Shown here piece by piece: positions 12,837-24,928 of a DNA stretch of 64,000 bases. The position numbers and the translations under genes are program-made. Origin of the DNA: Lingula anatina (lineage: Eukaryota; Animalia; Brachiopoda); NCBI GenBank assembly GCA_051362555.1, contig CM120641.1, positions 19,406,001-19,470,000 on the forward strand, read 5' to 3'. Every line of letters starts with the position of its first letter. Positions within the stretch are counted from its first letter, which is position 1. The notes below the pieces were generated by a model, which saw only the letters and a program-made list of their open reading frames with translations, was not told where the DNA came from and ran no database searches.

Positions 12837-14775
12837 CATAGAATAAGTTTCGTGTTCAGCTTTGTGAACTATGTGGTAGTCATTATATGTGATTTACATA
12901 AAAGAGTGGGTAGAATCTGTGCCAGCACTGTAGTTTATACATGGTATCGTTATACTACTACAAGTTTACAAGTTACTTTGGGGTTTTCAACATTGTATTC
13001 CATGAATTTGGTAGATCTGTTGTGCAGCATGTTAAAAAAGAATGTGTAAAAATGTTTTGGAAAAATTGATAGACCAAATTGCATAAGATATACATTTGGA
13101 ATTCCTGATGTTAACTTAATGAATATGTGCAACCTCTAGTCAAGAAAGGAATACATGATCAGGGTCGGAAGGATTTCTATACATTTTTGGTGCTGCTGCA
13201 ACAGCTATATTATTGCACAACATGAAGTTCATTTTTTGGGCTGAGAATGTGCAGGTCTGTTTTCAGACCCTCCTTCGATGAATATTATCATTCCTCACTT
13301 ATGTGCAGACAAACGTGTCTGTACATATTGCCAACACTGTCCAACCGTATAGCTAAAGGAACTGAAGTCATTAAGATTTCTTCTTATTGCCACATCTGGG
13401 GAAATTTTTGCCATTTTATTTCAAACTCTCAGTTAAAACTTGTGGACTAAAATGCATGTCAAGGTCAAAATTGTGCTTGATGTGATTATTTATTATTAAT
13501 TTCTTTTTGGACATGTGAACAAAACATCATCCAAATATTAACTAAAACTGAAACCTATTGGGTTAAAGTCCGGGTTATGTAACATGGTTCAGAAAATGGT
13601 TTCCTAGTAATTTTGTCTTTGTGTATTACTGCCCTCTACCACTTCCCTTTAAACCTTTAAGTGTCCTGTACAGGGTTCATTACAGGTGCAGTTACTCTAC
13701 GTTTTTTCTTACTATATTTTAAATCGTGATGTTTTGTCTGTACATTTTTTCAGCTTTAGCTGGTTTGATTTTTAAAATGTCTGAAATCAAAGAAAATTGT
13801 TGCAAGCAAAAACATTAACTTAGCTTCTTTTTTAGGGGGGATGAAGATCTTATTGGCTGGTAGGATTTGAAAAGTTAAAAAGTAATGCAAGTTGATGAAA
13901 CCATCAAACTTGGAGAGGAAATTGTCAGTTGGTACAAAGTGAAATATTTTATTTTGTATACTTTTGTATCTAGTATTAGGCAGTGCTTTAAGCACTTCTG
14001 TCTGAGAGCGAACATTTTGTGAATTATAGAGTGAAAGGTGGGATTACATATTTATATACATGTTTGTATATATATGCTCATTTAGAAAGTTGATGCCAGT
14101 AGGATATAAATAATGTAGAGGAATATACTTGTCATGAATTATTGAGGTAAAATGTTTTAAAGTGTTCTTTATCTTTTACATTATGTACTGATCATATGTC
14201 CTTTATCCGTCTTGCCCTGGAATATAATTTCAGTTGTTTCTTACAAAGTATGTTAATTATATTAAGAATAAGGAGTAAAATTTCTACAAGGATAATCTTG
14301 ATGCATCTGGTTTTGTAAAATGACATTTATTTATTCTTTCTTATTAAATAGAGCATTTTATCTCCTATCTAGTCTTCTTGTTGTTGTTTTGCACCAGTTT
14401 CAATTGAAGATGTGACTACTAAAATATTAATGGCAAAAATGCACTCACAACAAGCCACCTGAAGCTGATAAAAATGTCATGACATAGAGAATAAAGGTAA
14501 TTGCAATAAGAAAAACGCTTGTAAATGAAAACTATATGTTGCAGGAATTTCATCTTTGAGTTTCCATGGCAGCCAACATCTTGATTTTTGGTATTATTTG
14601 TATGGATTGTTGCATTCCTATATCTGATACTTCCTGAAAAATAGGCCCTTATTCCCTCCTACTAATATAAGCTGGTATGGTTCAAACATACAAAGGAATA
14701 AACAAGATGCATGAAATCCTTGCCAATCATGTAATTTAACCAAAATGTGTCGCAACAAATTAAAGAAAGTTTATC

Positions 14776-17700
14776 TCAATACACTGGAAAGTCTGTATCC
14801 ACATGTTTGGCCCAAGCATGAAGTCCTCCATAAATGTCTTTAAATTTGTGTGGCATATCTTTCAGCTTTTCCTTCAATGCCTTCACAGCTTCTTGGGAGT
14901 CATTGCCCCTTCTACATACTAAATATACTGAAACATGGAAGAAAATTCAAAATCTACAATTTGCAAATTAGATAAACTTTAAGTGTATAGATATGCTCGC
15001 ATTATCCATAAAAATATACATTTTTCAAAAAATGTAACCATTAAAATTATTGCTTATGCTACTATCTTACAACTGAACTTTTACATTCTAATGTTAGGGT
15101 CATTCCACAAAAAAGTGAGCATTTGAGTTGCATCAGTGTGGCACACATTTTTGAGAACTGCACACCCTTTTTATAACACTTTATTGATTTATTTCCACTG
15201 GAGTATTACAGAAAAAAAAGGCAGTAAAATAAGGGGGTGAGTTAATATTATGCAAATATTACACAAAATGTATTATCACTGACATGACACAAATATTCAT
15301 TTTTTTGTGAAATGACCCACAACCCTTGAAAGATGACCATATGAAGGCAAGGAAGACATCAAAGCAGGGATCAGTGCACTGACCTGGGACACTGTCATCA
15401 GTTTCCTGTAACTTCTTCCTCAATTTTTCCAGACATTCCTCTTTATGAATGTCACCAATAGGAATGTCTGTTACAGTGTCAAGGAAAACTTAAGCCAATA
15501 CAAATGCTAAGATAAAGCAATGGAATAAAACAAAAACAACAAAGGAATAGGAACAGTACTACCAATTTTCTTTCAGATCCCTATCCGTTTCTCTCTTTCA
15601 TTCTCTTCAAAACTAGTTCAGCCAAAGATGGAAGAAAAAGAAACCCAAAGTGACAGAATCATGAGGTTATCATTTACATGAAGACCCAAGGTTACAAGTA
15701 AAATAGAACAAAAACATCATGGCTACTTCATTTTAGCTTGTTAGTGGTCATTTGAAAAAAATTAATGCAAAGGCTCCTGTGGGCCTAGGTAACAAATCTC
15801 TTGAATAGAAAAATATTTTTGTAGACTGAGAACATCCTAAAATGTAGCTTTAAAATAGCTTGTCATTAAATAAAATGGAAGCAAGGATACTCCAGGCTCC
15901 TGGCAAACTACATATCTCTTGTTCTACTGGTAATCTGACATCTATCAGTAGATGTGGTAATTTTTCCTTCACTATGGATTGGTATTCCTGGAAAATGATG
16001 AAAAATATCAGTTTTAACTCTAACATCTAAAAACCTTTCTTAACTCCTACATCTTTACTATAAGAATAAAAAAGTTAGTTGTATGCAAGTTCCAGGCCCA
16101 TGGTCAGCAATTTCAAAAGGGGGGGGGGGGGGTCTTTTTCTGAAAAAGTGGACCTTTTACCAAGAAACTTTGTCCACCTAGAAAAAATTTTACCCAGAGA
16201 GGTCATTTTCTCAGCAAAAAGGGCAGTTTATTCGAATCCCCCGAACCCCCACCTTTCTACAGGCCTGAGTTCCATCAATCTATTAATGATTAACCAATAC
16301 AAGATCTGTTTGTTTTACATTATGTGAAAAAATGGATTACTGTAAAGAGAGAAGACAGCTTTTATTATCAAATTTAACAGATGCTGCAACTTTTTAGCAT
16401 TATATAATTTAACTGTTCAAACTTAATGGTTTAAAAGATAAAAACAGCAGTTCAATGTCATACATAAAGGCTCCAAATGAAGAGAGATGGTTGCAAATTT
16501 CTATGAAGTGAAATTTAAGAAATGATATGGAATACAGCACATGGTTTTGAACAGATGAATATTGTTAAGTTAAAGTGGGACATTAAGGGGAAAGAATTGA
16601 AAATGTATCTAAAATCATTATTACAGATCTTACCAAAGTAATAATTTGCCCTACTATACCTGAAAATGTCTAACCTACCTTGGCACTTATTCTATCTTCA
16701 GGTTTCAACAGTTCGAGACTATGTTCCTGGCAATAAAATAAAGGAGAAATGTTCTTTGTCAAGTCAAATATTCCTTTCATTCCAAATGTATTGCTAACTT
16801 CACATTTACACTTTGACAAAGAATAACAATGTAAAATGTCACTGTGTTGCATTTGGATACATCATCAAAAATACAATACACAAATAAAATTACTAAAAAG
16901 TTTTAAAAAAATAAAATTTAGCTCAATTCTGTTCACACAAAATGTTTTCCTGCTGTATAACATACTAATCTATTCAGGACGTAATCTTGTAAGAATATCA
17001 AAGAAGAAATTGCAATATGTAATTCTAACAGACCAAGTCAACTTACCTTATCATTGGCACGGGAACCACAAAACTGTTCATAATCAATAAGCTTTGTTAC
17101 TGAAGGGTTATCCCCACAAACCACACAACTTTGCTGTCTGGGTCTCAGTTTTATTGTTCTAAAGGTGCCCTCAAGACCATCAAATAGAAGCAACCTTTGA
17201 GAATATGTGTCTTAAACAGTCAAGAATATGTCTGGTCATAAAAGTGTTTATTTTTCCAAGTAAAAAGAGAATCAGAACTGTATTAAACTGAAAGACTGAC
17301 AAAAATTATTTTCAATTAGCTGGAAATTCACAAATCGACATTATGACTGTGAAATTGAAATTAATAGATTTATAAAATGCTTATGTTGATTGCAGACCAA
17401 AGGAACACATTAAAAAAAGACATTTTTATCTTTGCTCAGTAAGTTTGAAATATTAACTTAAAGGATACTTCCTAGACTGCAAATCACTTTTACTGCTTCC
17501 AAGGCCTGAAGACATCCTATAATTCCTGGAACTAAAAATACTCAAATCTTTGACCCTAATTGAATAAAAAAATTTAGCATGCATCAAATCCATTTAAATG
17601 GAATGAGAGCAGATAATTAAAATCAACTCTGACAAAGTTCTAACTTTCTCAACCATTCTTTGTGAAATCTGGAAATATCAGGTTTCAGAATGATAAATAG

Positions 17701-20700
17701 TGTAAACACCATCAATTCTTTTGCAACATCTCTACATTCCGTTCCAATACTCATAATATTAAGAACTGAGTTAAACACTCCTGTAAATTTGGATTGCCAA
17801 TAACCATTTAGTCTACAGATATACAAAAGTTTATCTATTATCATTTGGCTGATAAAAGAATGCCAGTGAAAACATAGGGAAGCAGGCAGCCCTGATCCCA
17901 TGAACTCACTGACTCCTAGCACTCCACCATCAGAGCAATTAGTGACAGTCTCAGGGGGAGGTGGCGTGGGGTATAAACATCTGTAGCATGGACCATCTTG
18001 GTAATTGTATACTGTAAGCTGAAAGCATTCATTTAACAAAGTTAAAATGAAAAACTGTGCTGAAAAAAACAAGTATTTTAATTCTAAATTTGTGCAAATC
18101 ACAAAATGTACAAAATGGTGCTCTTGTACAAACTAGGCACGGCAATTATTGCATTTGTTCATGAAAAAATAATGATGAAAAATATATTCTCAACACTGAG
18201 AATATAAAATTACGTATAATAATTATAATTATACCTGTCCTTCAAATCTGAGTGCACTTCCAGAGATCAAAGGTTTCTTGGTCATGATGCATGCATCATT
18301 CAATAGGTACCTAGTGGCCACATTGTCAGTGCAATCCAACACTACATCATATCTTGATTTTCGTTAAAGAAATTCGAATTATTTCACGTTTGAATGAAGC
18401 ATGTGATCAGCAAATAATGTGACATATTGCACATGTATTTGCCGCAAAAAAAATAACTTTTCACTCATAACAATATAAGTTACAAAAAGCATAAATCATG
18501 AAAAGTACTTCTTCATTTAGGCTTCGTTCACATGCAATGTCTATTTTCTAAATTCTATTTTCTATTTGCGGTATGTCTTATGATCACGGTCTGTGGCCTG
18601 AATATCCCGCGGCGTAATTACTGGCAGCGCAAACCAGTTACTATAAGTTACTATAAGTAACTGGCTCGCGCTGCCAGTAATTACGCGACGGGATATTCAG
18701 GGCACAGACCGTGATCATAAGATAGCGCAAATAGAAAATAGAAAATAGACATTGCATGTGAACGAAGCCTTACTCTCTCCACATACATATTTCAAAATTA
18801 CATGAAAAACTAACATATGAATCTATTCAATAACAAATAACAAGCTTAACTTATATCATTTATACACATATTGTGTTCAAATTTAATCTTATAAGTAAGA
18901 CTCTTAAAGAATTATAAATTTAAAAGGATGCTGCCTTAAGAGCTGTAGAGCATTCTGACTATCTAATTGCATATGGTAAGGAATGCACCGCACAGTGGAG
19001 TTAAGCCTGAAAAGAAATGCTTACAAGTACATACTTTGTTGAAAATTATTTCTATTTTCTGTTCAAAAGAAGTAAAAAATCCCTGACAATGTCTAGTATA
19101 AAAGACGTAGCAGGAGAAAAGCACTTAAAAGATTATTTCCTTTAAAATCTAAAATCATATATAGACTAAATTCTGCATTATTTTATTACTGATTGCATCC
19201 AAAGGCTGCAGAAGATGACTTAGGGACAGAAACGCGTTGCTCTGTGTGTAAAACCTGCCGATGGAGGTTGCTTAATTCCACTGTATCATAATCCAACAGC
19301 CCAAGACAACCTGGAATAAATATTCTTTCTTTACTATGCAAATTCCTAGATCATTCTTATCAATTATCTGATATAATATAATATAATATAATATAATATA
19401 ATATAATATATGAGTATATCAAATTTATTATATCATTATATTTTTGCATTAATTAATATCCAGTCACAAATGAATACCAAAATCAATAATAAAACTTTTT
19501 AATATATTAACCATACCAAAGAGAGCCCACAAATGCATCACATGTATCATATAGAGCTCAATAAATTATCATTATAGTCAGAATTGTTTGTCACTGAATT
19601 AATTCAATAAAATGGGGTTTACAAATCTACAAATGACTCATATAAGGAACAAACAATACCAGTGCCTGCAGCAGCAAGATATAGTGCAGCCGGACACCCC
19701 AGGCCTCCAGCACCAACTATCAGCACAGATGCATTAGCCAATGCCAGCTGCCCTAGAGCAAAACAAAACAAAATATATATATTAAACTTAAGAGGGTATT
19801 TGTTTTAACTCACTCTAACACATTTTGCACATTACTGTATACTTATCATAGTTCAAGAAAGCTTTATAGATAAGTGAGGATCATGTGGTTATATCTATTC
19901 AATGTGGTGAGCAAAAAATGTCAAAATGACATTTCGTATAAATTACACATGCTAGCAATCAACAAAGCCTCACAGTTATTTAGCAGAAAAACAAACCAAA
20001 ACAAAACAAAATCATATGTTCCTGGATAGAAGTAAATATGTCTTTCTAACTTAACTGTTTACAATTGAATTACATTAGAAAATCCTGAAGAGCCAAAAGT
20101 CATTCATGCTGATAAACTGCTTTTGATGTTTTAATATATATAATAAAAACAACATTGTAAATTTGTAGAATGAATAAGTGGTTTTCTTTTCATAAATTAA
20201 ATGATGGAAATGCAACCAAAGAGATATTAATCTAAACAAAATTCAAGTCATTCATAATGTTGCACTGTTCCTGCGCCTCAAATGACAGTTTCATTACACA
20301 ATTTATATGCAAGATTTAAACTTAACTCTATGTTAAAAATGTGAAAAAAAATGACATTCCATGGCACTGTAAGTATAAATGGTTTACCTTTTACGCCAAC
20401 TTCTGGCAATATCAGCTGCCTGCTGTACCTTGCAATGCTTGCATTACTTAAAGTTTCACATGGTATATCTGGATGGCTGACATTTGTATCTGCACTGGTG
20501 AATGGGAGTGTGACATCCAAGTTGCCAAGGCCATCCTAAAGTTCATTCAATATTAAACACCCTTATATTTATTCATAATATTTGATACAAAACACACACT
20601 ATATAGTATTATGAATAATAATTTCTTACTTAAATTGCTTAAATTACTGTTTTGGTAAGCAACTGTAATTGGTTTGAGCTACTTCCACACCACAAACAGA

Positions 20701-21743
20701 ACAAATCATTTTTATCATGGTTAGATAGTGGCTACTCTTTATGGTATTAATAAAGAAATAGTGGCTTGAAAGGTGTGACTGTGATAATAAGGACTTTCAA
20801 TATAGTATCTGAAATATTTGACAAAGAGTGGAGATCACACACTTATGACAGGTTTTCCATTTATCATAACAGAAAATGTGAAGACTTTTTGTATCCCCAA
20901 TTTAAGATGTGAAATAGCCATTATAAGGTAATGTGCCACGAAGAAAAGTGTAAGGCAGTTTTTGTGGTCAAATGAAAAATCAGAGGATGCTTTCCATCTG
21001 AATGGAAATTAACTCTCTTGTCCAATGAAAAATGGTAAAATGGTTTAAGAGTAGCATGGAATATCATGTGTTAGCACTCTTATTTATGGCTAACACAAAT
21101 AGTACATATCAGAATCCGTAAATATAGGAGTACAAAGCATGAAACTTTGTAGTATAAAAGCCTTGCCTAATATTGGTACAGCAATAAAAGTTCTTTTGCA
21201 TTCGATCAAATATGCCAAGTTTTTAGAGTTTTTAGTGGGGCCATAGCAATAGTCCGAAGGTTCACTACAGTATATACAGTACATGTACATGTAGAACCTT
21301 CAGACCAATGAACGCATGATTTAAAAAACAATGAAATTATACCAATTTTTGGACCAATGAACCTTCCGACCAATGAACCTCGGACTATCGAGACGCCCCC
21401 ATTATTAGCATTTAAGTTTTTTTTATTTTCAATCAATATTATTTTTCAAAATCTCTGTTGCTGCTCTTACTGTATTTGTACCAGTTGTGTGTATGAAGTC
21501 AATAGTGTAAAAAAATAAAAATGATATGAATGGAATTAATAAGGAAATTGGCATCCAGAAACTATGAGAAGTTCTCGGCAAAAAAGTAAAAAATTCAATT
21601 GAAATTTAACGTTATGAAAATGGACAGTGATTTGAAAAATGATAAGAATGACAAACCTTTTCCCGTAAAAGTAGATTAAGTCTGTTAATCTCTTTTGTCT
21701 TTTCCTGGAGTTGTCTTCGCAATTCATGAAGTTCACTTTCCAT
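14776..21743 (-). CDS. MOCS3: Adenylyltransferase and sulfurtransferase MOCS3/UBA4 (ThiF/MoeB domain + rhodanese domain)
   Basis: Exons ~21743-21657, 20536-20388, 19752-19660, 19310-19190, 19006-18932, 18352-18235, 18019-17914, 17532-17469, 17210-17047, 16726-16679, 15987-15891, 15467-15384, 14927-14776. Peptides: [16 protein letters not shown]; [18 protein letters not shown]; [16 protein letters not shown]; [21 protein letters not shown]; [27 protein letters not shown]; rhodanese VCRRGNDSQ; C-terminal [17 protein letters not shown]. Confidence 0.97.
15097..15318. mobile_element. MITE in the last MOCS3 intron
   Basis: Terminal inverted repeats GGGTCATTCCACAAAAAAG ... TTTTTTGTGAAATGACCC; non-coding. 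Confidence 0.6.
15468..15890 (-). other. U12-type (minor) GT-AG intron in MOCS3
   Basis: Donor GTATCCTTG; branch TTTTCCTTGAC about 10 nt before AG; no polypyrimidine tract; splicing restores ...PGAW-NIPIG... Confidence 0.88.
16093..16267. mobile_element. Short non-autonomous DNA element (CAGG...CCTG ends); related copies at ~44622-44781 and ~61320-61387
   Basis: CAGGCCC.../...AGGCCTG termini flanked on both sides by AGTTC; internal TTTTTCTGAAAAAGTGGACCTTTT shared with the 44.6-kb copy. Confidence 0.6.
17211..17468 (-). other. U12-type (minor) GT-AG intron in MOCS3
   Basis: Donor GTATCCTTT; branch TTCTTGAC followed by TGTTTAAG acceptor; restores ...[16 protein letters not shown]. Confidence 0.88.
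18353..18931 (-). other. U12-type intron with non-canonical GC-AG ends in MOCS3
   Basis: Donor GCATCCTTTT; branch TCTTTAAC followed by GAAAATCAAG acceptor; restores [17 protein letters not shown], collinear with MOCS3-family ALDLVRRYDVV. Confidence 0.8.
18520..18769. mobile_element. PIF/Harbinger (Tourist-like) fully palindromic MITE; partial relative at ~44496-44600
   Basis: TTA target-site duplication on both sides; TIR GGCTTCGTTCACATGCAATGTCTATTTTC; the two ~115-bp arms are nearly perfect reverse complements. Confidence 0.85.
19372..19410. repeat. (TAATA)n microsatellite
   Basis: Direct pentanucleotide tandem repeat. Confidence 0.85.
21240..21399. mobile_element. Degenerate MITE with ~17-bp sub-terminal repeats (GACCAATGAACC)
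   Basis: Four GACCAATGAAC units; TAGTCCGAAGGTTCA on the left is the reverse complement of TGAACCTCGGACTA on the right. Confidence 0.5.
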
Positions 21744-22135
21744 AATTCACAAAAATCACCAGTGATAAAAGAAATAAACATGAAACATGCGGCAACCCAA
21801 CGAGATGACAACAGAAACCATGTGTTTATTAGGAAACGAATCTTCTCAAAGGAAGAGCTCAGTTTGCTTAGTTCCCTGAAATTCGATAGAGAGTTGTGAA
21901 ATTGAATTTTTCAAAGGACTTCTTGGGAGTATTTTATTGATGTTTTTGTAATTTGATTTATTTCACTCATACTTTTATGCCATTTTTCTGGGAAAATATT
22001 TGAACACTGTAAAAGACAAATTGTACAACTCCGGACAATAATAGAGGAATCAGTCGAGTCAAATTGGGTGTATACAGGAGACGTAATTTTTACATGGGGA
22101 CATAAACACTCTTCAGGCGGTTCGAAATCCTAAAA
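21744..22135. promoter_or_regulatory. Bidirectional promoter region MOCS3 / EXOC5
   Basis: Only about 390 bp separate the two divergent start codons. Confidence 0.7.
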
Positions 22136-24880
22136 ATGGCTCTGCAAGAGGTTCAGAATGTAAGTGGTTTTATATTTTAAAGTTTTGTGTATCAGTTTAT
22201 GATATCTGTGGAATGATCATGCAATAAAAACGTTTATAAAATTAAAAAAGACGATACGGTTTGCTCTGTCCAGAGTGAGAGAGGAAGAGAGAGGACGGAC
22301 ATATATCGAATGAATCACAACCCCATATATCTATATAAACTATTGAAGTTTAATTATAGTACATGCACCATGTTAAAGATTCTTTGGACTAGTACGATGA
22401 CCGTTACAAATTTACAGTAAAAGTTTTGAGAGTAAAGATATTCAACTCATGGAATACCAAATTAGGCTATTCTGTTATCTCTTGCTCTCCTGTTATGAAC
22501 AATGGATGTATAAAATGTAATGGGAGACTGAAATATATGTATTATCAAGAGCCATGCTTGTACCATGTTAGTTGTATGTTATAAAATGTGTTAAGACAAG
22601 AAACATGCAAATAATCTAATTTGTACAGTAGGTACCAGGGTATATATCTTGTGTACTCTTTGTTTCAGTAAAAGCCCCTCAGGCAGATGTTCATATGTAT
22701 CTGTTTTGACTGTTACCTTGTTACACAGATGAATTTCTTTGTTTTTTTCCTCTTCCTTTGATGTCTATAAAAGATGGTACTTTTATTGTAGGATCCCTTT
22801 AACCCAGAAGAGTTTGTTGAAAGACTTGCTTGGAAGGCAACAAATGGCAAGTGTACCACCAGCGCAGACTTTGATCCAATGTCATTGCATCAAGCCTTTG
22901 AAAAGATGATTTTAGATCTTAAAGAGGAAGAAGTGAGAGTTGCAAAGAGGGCTGAGAGGCTGGAGACCCAGGTGAAAGAGGAAGAAAAAAAGCATCGTCA
23001 ACGGGTATCTGAACTACAAAAGCAAAATCAGGTATTTTTTCTCATAAATATCAAACTTTGTTATTCATGTTGCACCTGGCCAGTTTCACTGCATTCCTGA
23101 TTAATTTTGTTGCACATTTATTTGGCCTTTATTCATTGTAATTGTTCAGTTTAATAATACCCATGTTCACATATTAATGCATTATTTTTAGACTGCTTTT
23201 GCCCACTACCAAAGATTAGATGAACAGATCAATTTTGTGGCCACAAAAGTGGTTCACTTGGGAGATCTTCTAGAAGGAGCAAACATCCCTAGAACCAGAA
23301 CTGTGGAGGCACAGACACTGATGAATTATTTTGCAGAATTTTTATCAGATGAACCTCCTACCTCTCCTGTTTTCAAGGATCCATTCCATGCTGGATCTGC
23401 TCAGGTACAATTGAAATAAATTAAAGTTTTCAAATCAAATATATTTTTCAAATATCAAATCAAAACCTCTTTTTTTTTTTGTAATATTATAAGATTTTTA
23501 TGAACATATTGTAACATATACAACCATAGAGCAGGCTGCATTTGTCTGATGGCTGAATTATTTTTTTTATTAAATCTTGAAAGTAAGGACGATGTAGAGT
23601 ACTTTTATTATCAGTGCAACGTTTTGTTTTCAAGCTACAAGCAGCGGCTGATGTCATCCAGAAACTCTATGTTATTTCCCAAGAAATTCCTCAGAATGAC
23701 AGGTATGACAAGCAGTATAGTGTGGAAGGACTGTCACCAACCCCAGTATATATTTTTTATACCAGTGTTGAGTTCTTACAGCTTTTTTCTGTTTTTAACC
23801 AAGTGATCAATCTGTAGTGACCCTCCCACAAAAAGGGGGATCAAAAGGAGAGGTCAGACAATTTTATCTTATAAAAGTATACATTTATGCTGCAAGTATC
23901 TGAATGGATAAGCTTACATTTGTGCTGTGGGATTGCCTAAAGTTTTATTTGGCTATTGTGAGGATGTCTTGATTGTTATAAGAATTCAGAATTGAGCATG
24001 CTTGGCCCCAGGTGCCTCTTTTATAAATACATCCAATTTTTGTATTTCCAGATTTAATAAGGCGAGAGAAGGAATAGCAAGTAAGTTGTGATACCTATGT
24101 TTTGTAGAAACAAAAAGAAGTTTTACATAGTAGATAATTAATTGGAACAAAAAACAGAAAAAAGTGTCATAAGTTGCCATTGTCAAAGATTGACTGGCAT
24201 TTTCCAAACATGATTTTAAAAAATTTAATTAACATGTTAAATCTTTATTTCAGAGAAATATGATGAAATTGAGATGGCATTAATAGAAGACTTTGTTAGA
24301 GCCCACAATGAAGGTCAAACAAGAAAAATGAAGAAGATAGCTCTTGTCTTGTCAAATTTCAAGGTATGTGCTACAACTACATGTGTATGACAACAAGTCA
24401 ACAACCAAGAAAAAATATCATTGATAATTTTGTAAAAGTATGTTTTAAATTAGAATTTTTTTCGCTTTCAGCCTCTCATCTTAATTTTTTGTTCTTTATC
24501 AAAGTAACTGCATTGTTTTTTACAGGGATATAATCAGTGCATTGATGCTTTTATAGAAGAAAGCCAAAGAGTAAGTATTATTTTATTGGTGTTAATACGT
24601 GATTGATATGCATGTTTATTGAACCATGTTGTTATTGCTGTTTGCAGTGAAGAATGATCTAGCAAAATGGTGAGATTTATTAGTTCTCCGCTAGCTGTTA
24701 ATAACTCACTCCTGTTTTTGTTTAATAAAGTGTTTTAAATTTATTTCAGTGTATCCTTTACTGTATTTTGACAAAATGATAAACAGATTGGTTATTGCTT
24801 CATGTAGCCATAGTTTGCAGTCAGTGACCTGACCCTTTAATCACACCTGACATTATTGAGTCATGCTGGAACCTATCATA

Positions 24881-24928
<48 letters not shown>

